DNA of 64,000 nucleotides from an uncultured virus (IMG/VR IMGVR_UViG_3300023202_000179) (taxonomy: Duplodnaviria > Heunggongvirae > Uroviricota > Caudoviricetes), in the IMG/VR virus record IMGVR_UViG_3300023202_000179. One strand, given 5' to 3'. Of this stretch, positions 1-10,117 are shown piece by piece. A model generated the notes under the pieces. It was not told the DNA's origin. It worked only from the letters and a program-made list of their open reading frames with translations, and searched no databases. The translations under genes were made by a program, and so were the position numbers. Position 1 is the first letter of the stretch. The number at the start of each line of letters is the position of its first letter.

Positions 1-254
1 CATCCCGATGACCGTGAATGTGAGCTCGCCGCCGTCCAACATGACCATGACTTGCCCGTCCGTCCCGCCGAGCGTTGTATCCAGCGTTGTCTGGAAGTTC
101 GGCGAAAAGAACGCCCCGGCGACGGGGTTCTGGACCATCCCCGGCGAGTACTGGAAACCGTCGAGCTCCAGCCCTGCCGTCGACGGAGGTAGCCCGTCGA
201 TGCGGACCAGGCAACAATTGCCGTCGATCACCGGTGCGCCGTCGAGTCTTCGCG

Positions 255-683
255 TCACAGGGTCGCCGTCCTCACGAGGCCAAACGCAGTCCAGGAGATC
301 GTGGTCGCGGCCTCCCCCGTCACCGTCTGGACGACATCGCTGCCCGACACAGACGGGGCGTTCGTGTTCGACCACCCCGTACCGGCGCCGAACTGCACGC
401 CCCCGGTGTTCGTGAAGAGATTCGAGGACGTGACCGTGAAGTTCCGTTGAGAGAAAATGCGACCAAAATACCCTCCCCGCCCGGCATCAGCGGTGCGGCC
501 GATGACGAACCAGTTCATCATGATGACCGAGTCACCTGGAGCGCTCAGTGTGGCGATCGTGCCCAGCGTAATGGTCGACGCGTCCGTCGTCTGCCCGGTC
601 AGCGTGACCAGAGCATCCGACGTTCCGCCGCCGCCGCCACCGCCTCCCGGTGAGACTCCGTCGACTCGTTGGATGCAGCTCAT
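255..683 (-). CDS. Putative minor virion protein (Gly linker + beta-rich domain)
   Basis: 142 aa Thr/Ser/Gly-rich ORF with poly-Gly, co-oriented with the structural module. Confidence 0.5.
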   Translation of the reverse strand: MSCIQRVDGVSPGGGGGGGGTSDALVTLTGQTTDASTITLGTIATLSAPGDSVIMMNWFVIGRTADAGRGGYFGRIFSQRNFTVTSSNLFTNTGGVQFGAGTGWSNTNAPSVSGSDVVQTVTGEAATTISWTAFGLVRTATL

Positions 684-691
684 GAACCGCC

Positions 692-1075
692 TCAGTAACT
701 CTCAACAGTGTACCAAAGCTGCAACGTGCCGTCGTCGTCTTTACCTGCCGTTTCGAAGAGCACTACGTATGTGTCCGATCCGCTCTTGGGGACCACAAGT
801 ACGCCTCCGGTGCCGCATGCGTTCGTGAAACTGTTGATCCCTGTCCTCTCTTCGAGAACGACCCGCTCATCCGCATCAGCTGCCGCCGAAGGTGCAATGT
901 AGAGGTTTGCGTCGTGGGCCGCCGACGCAGGAGCGTTGTAGGCGTAACCCTGAACCACCACAAAACTCCGATCCGGGAGCGACGAGAAGGTGTCGGTGAA
1001 ATCGAAAACCGCAGCTGACAGCGAGAACTGATTGCTCCCGGTCTCTGTTTGTGACAGAAGGATAGGAATACTCAT
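692..1075 (-). CDS. Putative beta-rich minor virion protein
   Basis: Acidic beta-strand-like composition; start chosen at MSIPILL. Confidence 0.5.
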   Translation of the reverse strand: MSIPILLSQTETGSNQFSLSAAVFDFTDTFSSLPDRSFVVVQGYAYNAPASAAHDANLYIAPSAAADADERVVLEERTGINSFTNACGTGGVLVVPKSGSDTYVVLFETAGKDDDGTLQLWYTVESY

Positions 1076-1165
1076 GTAAAAAACACCTTCACTCGCCAAC
1101 CTCCGCCTGCCCCCGCGGAGGGGCTAGATACAGATTCGCGTCGTGGTCAGCGGAACTGGGAGCGT

Positions 1166-1411
1166 TCAGCCCCCAAAAAAGTGAGAGAGGTACCCGGCAC
1201 CTGCACCTGCCCCAAGACCGAGAGCTGGAACTATCCACTTGATAAGCTCCTGAGCACCGCGTTGCTTGCTCTGTTCTCTGGATACCGTTTTGAGTTCGGC
1301 TTCAAGTTGGGCAAGCTTCTGCTCCTGATGAGGCTGACTTCCTACGATCTGGTGGACGGTCTGCATGAGGGCGTCTAGTTTTGTTTCGATCCTTGTCGCT
1401 TGTTCGTCCAT
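1166..1411 (-). CDS. Coiled-coil protein with C-terminal TM helix (XhlA/holin-like)
   Basis: RIETKLDAL coiled coil then WIVPALGLGAGAGAGYL. Confidence 0.45.
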   Translation of the reverse strand: MDEQATRIETKLDALMQTVHQIVGSQPHQEQKLAQLEAELKTVSREQSKQRGAQELIKWIVPALGLGAGAGAGYLSHFFGG

Positions 1412-1481
1412 AAAAAGTCGCTTACCCGGCTCGACAAACCCAATACACTTTTTGGCCGGGAGAGAAAGGGAGCCCATGTCT

Positions 1482-1691
1482 TCAATCTTTCCGCCGGATT
1501 TTCTTCTCGTAGAGCGATTTTCCGATCAACCAGGCGGCCATCACGAGCGCGAGCCCGTGCATGTGCTGGTCCTCCGTCAACCCGAGAGCGTCGAGCGCCC
1601 CGAGAGCGTGAGCCGATTCGTACAACGCCAGTACCGAGATATCCTCGATTCGCCAACTTTTGAGTTTCTCTGTGAGTTTTTGTTCAGCCAT
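1482..1691 (-). CDS. Small membrane protein (holin-like)
   Basis: 69 aa with hydrophobic segments and basic C-terminus. Confidence 0.4.
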   Translation of the reverse strand: MAEQKLTEKLKSWRIEDISVLALYESAHALGALDALGLTEDQHMHGLALVMAAWLIGKSLYEKKIRRKD

Positions 1692-1692
1692 T

Positions 1693-1974
1693 TTACGTTC
1701 TCCACCAGTATCCTGGTCTTATTCGCCTAGTAGCGGTCCGTGGATTGTTGCCCCTGTAGTATTGTGACGGAAGCGATCCGATGTCTCCGCCTCCACCCCC
1801 CGAAAGACTATCAGCGCCCCTTCCGATGGCGTTCTGATGGATCTTCGATCCACGGAGACGGGCAGCCCTGCGGGATCGAATCCTGCCGTTCCGTTCTCTC
1901 TCGTCCTCGCGAGCTGCCCGGCGAACGAGGAGAACGGTAGCGGTGCCTCCAATGAGTAGTAGAGGTAACAGCAT
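1693..1974 (-). CDS. Small basic protein with N-terminal TM anchor
   Basis: MLLPLLLIGGTATVLLVRR followed by Arg-rich region. Confidence 0.5.
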   Translation of the reverse strand: MLLPLLLIGGTATVLLVRRAAREDERERNGRIRSRRAARLRGSKIHQNAIGRGADSLSGGGGGDIGSLPSQYYRGNNPRTATRRIRPGYWWRT

Positions 1975-1977
1975 GGC

Positions 1978-3003
1978 TTAGTCCTTGAGGAACCGGTTCG
2001 CCATGGCGCGAGGACTGGGGGCCTTCTGGCCAGCTTCACGTGCACGGGCATACCCCAAGATCTTTGCCGCCTGCTTTGGCGAGTTCGGAGGGGTCTTACA
2101 CTTACCGCGCTTGACCTCCTGTCCCGCCTCTCTGGCTCGCTGCTGTCCCAATCGGCAAGCCGCCGCCGATCGAAGCTCCTGCAACTGCTTTCTCAGAGCC
2201 GCCTTCGCAGACTTCTTGCGTCGCTTGATCTCAGGAGTGTCCCCCGCTTTGATGGCGGTCATCGCCCGAAGTTGCGCGGTGAGGCTGCGGATCTTCTTGA
2301 TCTCCGCAGCGGTGAAGCACTTCTCCCGTCCAGACCCCCTCTTCTTGGTCCGAGCCGACTTGCGGGAAGCAGAGACTCGACGCTTGGCAGTCTTCCGCTT
2401 AGCGGTCTTCTTCTTGGCGGTCTTCTTCTTCCCGCCCGCGGTGCCTTGGCGGGTGCTGCCGCCGCGACGTTTTCCGCCACGTGCCGTCCGGTGAGCGGCG
2501 GAGACCGTCCGCTTCTTGGAGGCCTTCTTGCTCGGACCTTTGGCACGCTTGCGGATCTCGACGTCGACGCGTTTCTTGAGCGCTCGGTACATCGACTTTT
2601 GCCCCGCCGTCTCCGCACCGCGGATCGCCTCGGTGAGCTCGCCCGACTTCTGCCGCAGCCCGGGCAGAGTGTCGCGCTCGATGGCACGGCCCACCTTCTC
2701 GCGGATCGCCTCTTTCAGTTCGTCTCGGAGCTTGCGAAGGTCCTGCTTTTGCCCCTTGGTCTTCGCGGCCGACAGAGCCCCCTCAACGAACGAGAGATCC
2801 TCTTCGAGCTTCGACATGGTCTGTCGCGAGCTTGGGCTCTTCGCCGGGGCGTTCCGACGTTTGGGTGCCTTCTTATGTTTCACATTCGCAGTCCGGGGCT
2901 TGGTCGCCTTCTTCTTGGGGCTGCGCTTCGTAGTCTTCTTCTTGTTGCGGGTGACTTTGCGTTTCTTGTATGCCATTGTGTTTCTCTTTCGGGGGTAGGA
3001 CAA
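1978..3003 (-). CDS. Lys/Arg-rich histone-like protein (putative DNA-condensing core protein)
   Basis: 341 aa, extremely basic, KKKTAKKKTAKRKTAKRR repeats. Confidence 0.6.
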   Translation of the reverse strand: MSYPRKRNTMAYKKRKVTRNKKKTTKRSPKKKATKPRTANVKHKKAPKRRNAPAKSPSSRQTMSKLEEDLSFVEGALSAAKTKGQKQDLRKLRDELKEAIREKVGRAIERDTLPGLRQKSGELTEAIRGAETAGQKSMYRALKKRVDVEIRKRAKGPSKKASKKRTVSAAHRTARGGKRRGGSTRQGTAGGKKKTAKKKTAKRKTAKRRVSASRKSARTKKRGSGREKCFTAAEIKKIRSLTAQLRAMTAIKAGDTPEIKRRKKSAKAALRKQLQELRSAAACRLGQQRAREAGQEVKRGKCKTPPNSPKQAAKILGYARAREAGQKAPSPRAMANRFLKD

Positions 3004-3009
3004 CTTGAC

Positions 3010-3687
3010 TCAACCTGCGATACCGTGTTTCTCGACCCGAAGTTTTCCTCCCTTGATGACGAGAACACGGGGGTTGTAAGTCCGATCCATGTAGACCCGA
3101 ACCCCAGGAGAGTCGATGTGGTGAATGTAGTCGGTAGTTTTGCCTCGGTCGTCGAACTTGTCCGAGGTGTAGGAGACCGCGATACAGGGGGCGCAGTGAG
3201 GGAGGGAAACGCGGGGTAGTGGCGGCAGCGCTGCCGAGCACCGACCGCCTCGTCGCCCCTGAGTCCAGGTCAACAGAACCTGGTGGTCCTCGAAGACGGG
3301 CGGCATGTGGCAAGCTCCCGGCTTGAGCCCCGGCACGATGTACAGCGCTTTTTGTAATCGGGACCACATCAACACGTTGCGATCCGTCTTCCCCCATGTC
3401 TCAGACCAGATGACCGCGTCCCTGTCGACCCAGTCTACCGAGGTCACCACACCGAGCTCTGCGAGGTCACCAGGGTTGGGGAACTTCGACATGCCTCGGC
3501 ACCCCTGGCGGAAGGTCCGGGACGCCAGGTCCGCGGTGAGCTTCGCGTCTCGTTCGTGAAACCCCCGCAACGGTCCAACCCACGTGTCCATGGACGTCTC
3601 ATAGACGCGAGCCCACCACAGCTTGTCGTTCTTGCTGAGGTGAGATGGAGCCCGCTGAAGCGGGTCTGGGTCGGTGAGGAAGAACAT
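3010..3687 (-). CDS. Hypothetical phage protein
   Basis: 225 aa ORF tightly packed in the operon. Confidence 0.6.
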   Translation of the reverse strand: MFFLTDPDPLQRAPSHLSKNDKLWWARVYETSMDTWVGPLRGFHERDAKLTADLASRTFRQGCRGMSKFPNPGDLAELGVVTSVDWVDRDAVIWSETWGKTDRNVLMWSRLQKALYIVPGLKPGACHMPPVFEDHQVLLTWTQGRRGGRCSAALPPLPRVSLPHCAPCIAVSYTSDKFDDRGKTTDYIHHIDSPGVRVYMDRTYNPRVLVIKGGKLRVEKHGIAG

Positions 3688-4142
3688 CAGCGCCTGAACC
3701 AGGCTTTGAAAGTACGAGCAATTCTCGACGGAGGAACTCGCGAAAATCGAGAAGGTGCGGGGCGTGGGCGGTCACACGGAGTCTTCGGGTACTGGTCCAG
3801 TAACGCTAAACCCCCAAGACGGTGGAAAACCTCGTCTCTTTGCGGCTTTGAGTAACCGAAACTCTGCAACGTTTCGATGGCCGTCTCCGCTGCGGAACCC
3901 TCCACCGTTGGCGCAGATTCCATGAACCCGTTATCAATTGCAAGGCAGACAAACGTCGGGTTTTTGGTCGCCCAAGATATGAGTTCTCGGACGGCAGCCG
4001 CCCCTGCCGATTTCCAGTCGACAGTTCCGGCGTACTTCCCTAGTCCTTTAGCCATAACGAGGACTATAGCCTGTACTGCGTAGTCTTCGTTGTAGGCGCC
4101 CTTGATGTCCACCCCCTGCGGGGCAGTAGTTGCTAGATTCAT
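3687..4142 (-). CDS. Hypothetical phage protein
   Basis: AAGGAG RBS; stop overlaps next start. Confidence 0.6.
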   Translation of the reverse strand: MNLATTAPQGVDIKGAYNEDYAVQAIVLVMAKGLGKYAGTVDWKSAGAAAVRELISWATKNPTFVCLAIDNGFMESAPTVEGSAAETAIETLQSFGYSKPQRDEVFHRLGGLALLDQYPKTPCDRPRPAPSRFSRVPPSRIARTFKAWFRR

Positions 4143-4159
4143 TATCTGTTACTCCTTTT

Positions 4160-4753
4160 TCAATCTAATCCGTACTCTTCGAACTGGTGCATCAAATCTT
4201 CAAGCTCATCAGTTTCATCGATTCGCTCAAAATCTTCGTGAGCCTTCTTCCTTGCCTTCGCACGCAAGAAGCGCTGAAGCTCTTGCTCGTAGATCTCGTC
4301 GGGGGAGAGTTCAGCTTCCTCGTCCTTTCGATTACGTTTCCTACGTTGAGGCTCAGGGGATGCCACAGGAGCAGGGGCAGGAATCTGGGGAGGTGCCATC
4401 GGCCATGGGACCGGGAAGGCAGTGACGCCGGGCATCATCGGCATCTGCCCCATGCCTGGACCACCGAAGCCGGGCACCGTCCCCGGGTTGCGTTCCTCGT
4501 CCTCCTCGCCACCCTTCCCCCAGTTCGTCCACTGCTTGAACTTGTCAACCGCAAGAGTCGTCACGATCCCCCCCGCAGCAGCGATCGCCACGAACTTGAA
4601 CGCTCTCCACGCGAAGGAGGGCTTCTTCTCTTTTGGGGCAGCACTGGGCTCGCCCGTGGGCGGCGGAGGCGGAGGAGGAGGAGGGTTCCGCTCCTGTTTC
4701 TGCTCCTGCTGCCACCCGATGTTTGTTCCGGGTCCGTGATTGACTTTAGGCAT
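4160..4753 (-). CDS. Pro-rich membrane-anchored protein
   Basis: Poly-Pro, TM segment FVAIAAAGGIVTTLAV, acidic C-terminus. Confidence 0.6.
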   Translation of the reverse strand: MPKVNHGPGTNIGWQQEQKQERNPPPPPPPPPTGEPSAAPKEKKPSFAWRAFKFVAIAAAGGIVTTLAVDKFKQWTNWGKGGEEDEERNPGTVPGFGGPGMGQMPMMPGVTAFPVPWPMAPPQIPAPAPVASPEPQRRKRNRKDEEAELSPDEIYEQELQRFLRAKARKKAHEDFERIDETDELEDLMHQFEEYGLD

Positions 4754-5015
4754 GTGTCATACAGTCTAGCGCGTTTTTGCTCTACTCGCCGTCGATGAAA
4801 TCTTGAGCTCTCTTCTGGGCAGGTCCGGCGTAAGCACGGAAGATCGCATCGAGATCCCCTTCGCGCGCCGCTCGCGCTACAAGGTTTCTCCACCCAGTCA
4901 GCGTGAGGCCCCCTTGGACTGCCGTTTCAGCGAGACCGCCTAGGACATTCCCAGCGCTGCGACGTGCGAGCATGAGTGCGATCCAAGTAGCCATCAAGGA
5001 AACCTCATGCCTTGC

Positions 5016-5408
5016 TCATCCCAGACTCTCTAGCATCGCAAGTTCGGCATCCTCTTCGGACATGTACGCCTCAGTCGACGAGAAGGTTTCAGGCACCCCA
5101 AGCTTGCCGGGATGGGTCTGATACGTCCAACCGTAGTATCCTCCTTTTTCCTGGGGGTACTTCCAGATCAAGTACGGGATTTTCTGGTCCGGAGCTTCAG
5201 GACCAAGAACCGCTTCGTTACGGAGCTCGACCGTCGCACCCTGGGGTGGGACAAGCCGCCCGTCCCACGTCTTGTAACCGTAGTAGGCAGCTCCGCCCAG
5301 TGCGGCAAGACCTGCGAGCTTGAGCGCTCCACCGGTCATCGGTCCGTTCCGCTTCTTGGTGTTGCGTCGTCGAGTAGTCTTTTTCTTGCTAGTCTTCTTC
5401 TTAGGCAT
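5016..5408 (-). CDS. Basic N-terminus + TM membrane protein (paralog of 5708-6121)
   Basis: MPKKKTSKKKTTRRRN...GLAALGGAAYYGYK. Confidence 0.65.
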   Translation of the reverse strand: MPKKKTSKKKTTRRRNTKKRNGPMTGGALKLAGLAALGGAAYYGYKTWDGRLVPPQGATVELRNEAVLGPEAPDQKIPYLIWKYPQEKGGYYGWTYQTHPGKLGVPETFSSTEAYMSEEDAELAMLESLG

Positions 5409-5423
5409 TGTTTCTTACCTTTC

Positions 5424-5704
5424 TCACTCCGCTGCAGGCAACGTTTGGAGGTCGATTTCGCCTCTAGCATCCGCCAGAGCGATGTTTGTTTCCTTCGCCG
5501 TCCCTGCCAGATGGGGAAAGTCCGACCCCAATGGAGGTGTTGCAGTCCAGTTTGCGTCGGCATACCGGTTCTTCTTCACAACCTGGATCTCCCAGCCGTT
5601 GTACAGGATATTGGTCGTTCTTTTGGTCCGATCACGATCGCCTTACCGACACCATACGTCACAAGTCCGACCGGAATGTGCCACCACTTGAATTTGTATG
5701 CCAT
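5424..5704 (-). pseudogene. Frameshifted small membrane-protein gene (or sequence error)
   Basis: MAYKFKWWHIPVGLVTYGVGKAIVIGPK continues as RTTNILYNGWEIQVVKK...PAAE* in another frame across the AAAA near 5621-5624; fills the operon gap exactly. Confidence 0.45.
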
Positions 5705-5707
5705 TCG

Positions 5708-6121
5708 TTACGCTCCCAGTCCTGGTGTCATGTCCCAACTCGAATCGATGAACTCTTGGAGAGACATGTCTTGAGGTTCCTGCCCTGTCATCTCGACCTT
5801 GACCCTCGCTGGTTTCGAGCAATCCGGGAAAGCCTCTTTGAAGTATTCCTCGGTGTGGGCCCGGAACTCTTCCTTATCTGCAGGAGGCTCCGGCACAAGC
5901 ATCTGATTCAGGTACCCGGCAGCATTAGCATCCTTCAGTGTGACGGTGCAGGATTCCGGTTCCTGCCCCTTCTTCCAGTGTTTGTACCCGTAGTACCCAG
6001 CTCCTCCGAGAGCCGCCAGACCGACTAACGCCAGCGCTGTGTCTGTCACTGGTCCGTTGCGCTTCTTGGGGTTCCGGCGTCGTCGAGTCGTGGTTTTCTT
6101 CTTGGTTCGTTTCTTAGTCAT
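5708..6121 (-). CDS. Basic N-terminus + TM membrane protein (paralog of 5016-5408)
   Basis: MTKKRTKKKTTTRRRRNPKKRNGP...GLAALGGAGYYGYK. Confidence 0.65.
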   Translation of the reverse strand: MTKKRTKKKTTTRRRRNPKKRNGPVTDTALALVGLAALGGAGYYGYKHWKKGQEPESCTVTLKDANAAGYLNQMLVPEPPADKEEFRAHTEEYFKEAFPDCSKPARVKVEMTGQEPQDMSLQEFIDSSWDMTPGLGA

Positions 6122-6122
6122 T

Positions 6123-6398
6123 TTAATTCTCCAAGATCGCGCGTCCGGGTTTGTTCTTCTTCTTCTCAGTTTCGACACCGAGTCTCTTTTGTTCCGTTCG
6201 GCGTGCGTTCGCCTGCAAGAACCTGTAGGCGTTCCAGACAGAGCAAGCGACACCGGATCCCGCGACGAACATCCCAATCAGGCTCTTGTGGCGCAAGCCG
6301 ACAAGGACCATGGCAGGCCCAAGCAGGAAGATGTCGATCAGGCGGATTGCCTGGGTCTCTCTTCTACAATCGACTTGCTCTTCGCATGCGATGATCAC
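6123..6398 (-). CDS. Two-TM small membrane protein (paralog of 6395-6634)
   Basis: QAIRLIDIFLLGPAMVLVG motif. Confidence 0.65.
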   Translation of the reverse strand: MIIACEEQVDCRRETQAIRLIDIFLLGPAMVLVGLRHKSLIGMFVAGSGVACSVWNAYRFLQANARRTEQKRLGVETEKKKNKPGRAILEN

Positions 6399-6634
6399 TG
6401 TTCTACCGCTTTCCTATGGTTGGCTGTGAGAAGCCGGACAAGATTGAACACGATCGTGCCTGCGCCCGAAAGGGTGACGAAGTTTCCGACCATTCCGCCG
6501 TGTTCCGCTCCTACCAACATCATAGCAGGTCCCAGCAAAAAGACATCGACCACCCGGATAGCCTGAACCTTCGAGTCGCAGCTCAAATGTTGCGTGCAGT
6601 CAGCCATTAGCTGCCTATTACTTTCACTCGCCAA
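6395..6634 (-). CDS. Two-TM small membrane protein (paralog of 6123-6398)
   Basis: QAIRVVDVFLLGPAMMLVG motif. Confidence 0.65.
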   Translation of the reverse strand: MASESNRQLMADCTQHLSCDSKVQAIRVVDVFLLGPAMMLVGAEHGGMVGNFVTLSGAGTIVFNLVRLLTANHRKAVEQ

Positions 6635-8721
6635 TCGGAAACTCCGTCACTGACACAGATCGCCATCTCCCCAGCGTTCAAAGAGAAGTTGCTCGCCGCG
6701 CCATTGATTGTTTCACTGCCGGGACGTCCGATGGTGGCTGCTGCCCCAGTCCCCTCGTGCTCGATGATGTAGGTTGCGCCTCGGCGCCCAGGCGATGACG
6801 GAAGGGCCACGGTCTCGCCGTCGTTCATGAGCGCAAACCAACTGCGGTCGAGAGCCGCCGGAGAGTCCTCGAACTCGCCGCAGAACCCCAACGTGAACGT
6901 TCGGAACGGGCGCAAACCGTTGACTCCGAACGAGATAGCGTCGTTCTCGTCCGGGAAAAACGCAGCGGAGTTGAGCCGCAAACGTCGGATAAGATCGGTG
7001 CGGAAGTACATCGTATCCGCACCAGACGAATCGAGATCGTACTCCACCGCTCCGGTCAGTTGCCCAGACGCACCGCAAAACGACATGCCGGCAAGCCCGT
7101 CCGGGTCGCAGAGGATCGAGATGCCTGAGAGGTTTTGCGCGAGCGAGCCGAACGCCCAATCTCCGTAGCTGCTGTTCGCGTCGTCGATGTTGCCCGGGGT
7201 GAACGGAGCCCAACCATTCGGGCTCGCCGGAGTCCCCGAAACTTTCATCCACCGTGCGATTCGCCCTTCGCTTGCGTCAAGCTGCTCATAGGTCGACCCA
7301 ATCGCGCCGCGGTAGTTCCCCTCGGGCGAGCCGGTGCCTCGAAAGTGAAACCGGATCGCCCCGGACGTCAGAGCGGTCGTGATTGTACCTTCGCTCGTGG
7401 GGTCTTCGACGGGGTAGACGATCTCGCAGTCGTCGCACTGTCCGGCGACTGCGCAGTTCGCGATCGCGGTCGGAGAACCCGTCAAGTCTGCTTCGGTCCG
7501 CACGATATCGGGATCGACTCCGAAGAACTGCGGCGAGTACACGATGACGTGATTGCCACGGATGTACAGATTGTATCCGCTATCGTCGACGTCGCGCCCG
7601 TTCGAGACGAAGATCGGGCTGTGCATCGTGACGTACAGCGCTCGCAGTCCGACTTGGATCCCGTCATACCCGTTGCGCCGATAGATGCCGCCGTGCATGG
7701 TAACGCCCACCATGTTGCAGTAGATGCCTTGGAAAGCGTTGTCCTCGATCTGGCAGTTCGAGATTGTGCAATATTTTGGCTGCGGGAGGTTTGCTTGGTC
7801 GTATGCCGGCGGGTTGTCGTTGAACTGGTTGACCGACTGCGTGTTTGTGGCCAAGTAAATGCCGTAGCGGTTCCCTCGAATGATGCAGCTATCGAGTTGA
7901 ATATTTCGGACGTATCCGAACGTTGAGGGGTCGTCGAGCGTGAGGATGTCCGTTTTGATGGTCATCCCGTTGCCCTGGTTGTCGACCGCCACGAAACCGC
8001 GGACAGTGAACGAATCTCCGCCGGCGTACGCATCGAGACCGTCGCCGGCGCTGGTCGGGCTTTGTCCATTGGCTCGCGCGACACAATCCACGAGCTCGGT
8101 ATTCTCGGTCAACGCTCGGAACTTGAATCCGTCGAGGTAGTTCTCTTCGGCGAAGCAGTTCTTGTACAGCACGCCGTTGCTGTTCGAACACTCGAATCCG
8201 TAGGTCTGAAGGGCACCATCGCCCTTACAGGCTTCGAACAGCACATCTTCGACGGTGCCTGCGACTGTCCCCTCCTCCCCTCGGATCGCAAAGTTAGATC
8301 CCATCCCGCTCGACTGGCACTCTTTGACGATGATGCGGTTCGAGTTGCCGCGGATGAGGACGCCTCGGCACGAGCCCTGAGGCGCGCCGAGGCATTCGAG
8401 AATCAACCCAACCAGGCAAACGTCCGAAACACCGTCAAGGTCGAGCGCTGCGAAGTTTGCCCCCGAATCGAGTTGAATCTTGCCGCCGTACCCCAAGAAC
8501 TTGAGTCCCGACGGGATCTCAAGAGGTGCCGTGATCCGATAAGTCCCTCGAACGAGACCCAGAGCCGACCCTTGAGAGGAAGCTCTGTCGATGGCGGATT
8601 GAATCCGAGCAGTGTCGTCCTCCACACCATCCCCGACCGCTCCAAAGGTATTTACCGCAACAGTCGGTTGTTCCTCCGGGGCGGAGACATTCATGGCTCG
8701 CTGGAATCTAGGGAAAGACAT
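6607..8721 (-). CDS. Pectate-lyase-3-like right-handed beta-helix spike / depolymerase
   Basis: VNTFGAVGDGVEDDTARIQSAID motif, GTYRIT, repeated parallel beta-helix rungs. Confidence 0.85.
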   Translation of the reverse strand: MSFPRFQRAMNVSAPEEQPTVAVNTFGAVGDGVEDDTARIQSAIDRASSQGSALGLVRGTYRITAPLEIPSGLKFLGYGGKIQLDSGANFAALDLDGVSDVCLVGLILECLGAPQGSCRGVLIRGNSNRIIVKECQSSGMGSNFAIRGEEGTVAGTVEDVLFEACKGDGALQTYGFECSNSNGVLYKNCFAEENYLDGFKFRALTENTELVDCVARANGQSPTSAGDGLDAYAGGDSFTVRGFVAVDNQGNGMTIKTDILTLDDPSTFGYVRNIQLDSCIIRGNRYGIYLATNTQSVNQFNDNPPAYDQANLPQPKYCTISNCQIEDNAFQGIYCNMVGVTMHGGIYRRNGYDGIQVGLRALYVTMHSPIFVSNGRDVDDSGYNLYIRGNHVIVYSPQFFGVDPDIVRTEADLTGSPTAIANCAVAGQCDDCEIVYPVEDPTSEGTITTALTSGAIRFHFRGTGSPEGNYRGAIGSTYEQLDASEGRIARWMKVSGTPASPNGWAPFTPGNIDDANSSYGDWAFGSLAQNLSGISILCDPDGLAGMSFCGASGQLTGAVEYDLDSSGADTMYFRTDLIRRLRLNSAAFFPDENDAISFGVNGLRPFRTFTLGFCGEFEDSPAALDRSWFALMNDGETVALPSSPGRRGATYIIEHEGTGAAATIGRPGSETINGAASNFSLNAGEMAICVSDGVSDWRVKVIGS

Positions 8722-9203
8722 CAGCTCGCATCGCCAGGGAGAACACCTGCTTTGACGAGGAACCCTTTCAGATCCATCGCATCTCCAGGTCCGATCGCCC
8801 AAAGTAGGTCTCGCTTCAACTGCGAGTAGTCGTCCTCGTCGAGCATGCTAAAAGACACGGTCAAAGGATGGAACGCGAACCGGAAGATGTCATCCGTCGG
8901 GGCGTAAGTCGCTAGGACAGCGTACTCCCACCACTCAGCCGGGATGGCTTCCCGTAGTGAACGGACCTCAGAATCGCTCAGACTGTCGATGAAAGCGCTT
9001 AGTTCTTTAGCTAGAGGTCCAGGCTCGGGATCCTCGGGGTCCGGGGGAGGAGGACGAAGCGGTCCTTCGACAGGGGTCCTGTCCTCCGGTGCCGGCAGTC
9101 TGTTCTCCCGTGCAAGGAAAACTGTAGCCGTCACAGCGACTGCTGCCACACCTGTCAACGCGTAACCCCACATCGGGTGTATTCCATATCTGCTTCTCGA
9201 CAT
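8721..9203 (-). CDS. Membrane-anchored hypothetical protein
   Basis: N-terminal TM, Pro-rich linker. Confidence 0.55.
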   Translation of the reverse strand: MSRSRYGIHPMWGYALTGVAAVAVTATVFLARENRLPAPEDRTPVEGPLRPPPPDPEDPEPGPLAKELSAFIDSLSDSEVRSLREAIPAEWWEYAVLATYAPTDDIFRFAFHPLTVSFSMLDEDDYSQLKRDLLWAIGPGDAMDLKGFLVKAGVLPGDAS

Positions 9204-9728
9204 TTAGAAGCTCCTCTCTAGCCAGAGTTCCGCAACCTGAAGAGACATCTCTAACTCGCGAAGCGCCTCTGCACTGATGTCGTAATAGACCTGAATGTCG
9301 AAGATCGCCTTCGACAAGTCCGAGTCCGGGGCAAACTCGCCCAGACAGTTCTTGCGCTCTTTGGGAGTCTGCAAGTCCAGAGCGTCACACCGTTCGATCG
9401 CCCTGTCTACGCCCGCCTCGTACTTGCGAATCAAAGCGGACACCTGTGGCCCAAGCCCACCGAGCTCCCGCTGGGCGCTGCCCACCCGACCAGACGCAGT
9501 GGTCTGGCAAGCGAACAGCACGACAGCGAGAACTCCTAAGAAAGCCAAGTATAAGTATGTGCCGGGGTGACTATGAAGACGCATAATTATCCGTTGAAGT
9601 TCCCGAATCGAACGATCTTGAAATGCCCACCAGGAGAATCTGCCCCGTCCACCATCGCTCTCACGATCCCAAGAGAGTCGCTTGCCGCTTGGGCTGAAGA
9701 GATTGCAATCAAACCCGTAATGAACCAA
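9204..9728 (-). CDS. Putative lipoprotein/spanin-like protein (true start probably ~9583)
   Basis: LAFLGVLAVVLFAC lipobox-like motif then helical domain. Confidence 0.4.
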   Translation of the reverse strand: MVHYGFDCNLFSPSGKRLSWDRESDGGRGRFSWWAFQDRSIRELQRIIMRLHSHPGTYLYLAFLGVLAVVLFACQTTASGRVGSAQRELGGLGPQVSALIRKYEAGVDRAIERCDALDLQTPKERKNCLGEFAPDSDLSKAIFDIQVYYDISAEALRELEMSLQVAELWLERSF

Positions 9729-10117
9729 CTAACGCTCGCGTTGCCTGCTTCAAAATCTCCTAAAGCGCTGTGGAAGGTCCTCATTCCTGAGTCTGAGAGA
9801 GCAAAAGAAGCTGTAAGAATAGATCCATCGACCGAGATCCCTACGTCCTTGGCGGAGTCTTCTCCATCTTGCCCGCTCCAATAAGCCCAATACAGCCCCG
9901 ACCTGTCGATTCTCACCGAGGCCCCGTCCTCACTGTCCTGAGAAACCACGTACGTGGTAGTCGATGTTGGCAGCGAGTTAAACGTAGCCACACCCGTGTT
10001 TGTCGACCCGATCCCGTTCCACCCTTGAAGGAGAATCTCCTCTGTGCCGCTGTTCTCCGCGTACGGGGTGCCAGTGACGAGTCCGGGGAGATTGATGCTT
10101 TGGTTTCGTACAGCCAC
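9587..10117 (-). CDS. Beta-sandwich virion protein (C1q/TNF-like head possible)
   Basis: VRIDRSGLYWAYWSG pattern, beta-rich. Confidence 0.45.
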   Translation of the reverse strand: MAVRNQSINLPGLVTGTPYAENSGTEEILLQGWNGIGSTNTGVATFNSLPTSTTTYVVSQDSEDGASVRIDRSGLYWAYWSGQDGEDSAKDVGISVDGSILTASFALSDSGMRTFHSALGDFEAGNASVSWFITGLIAISSAQAASDSLGIVRAMVDGADSPGGHFKIVRFGNFNG

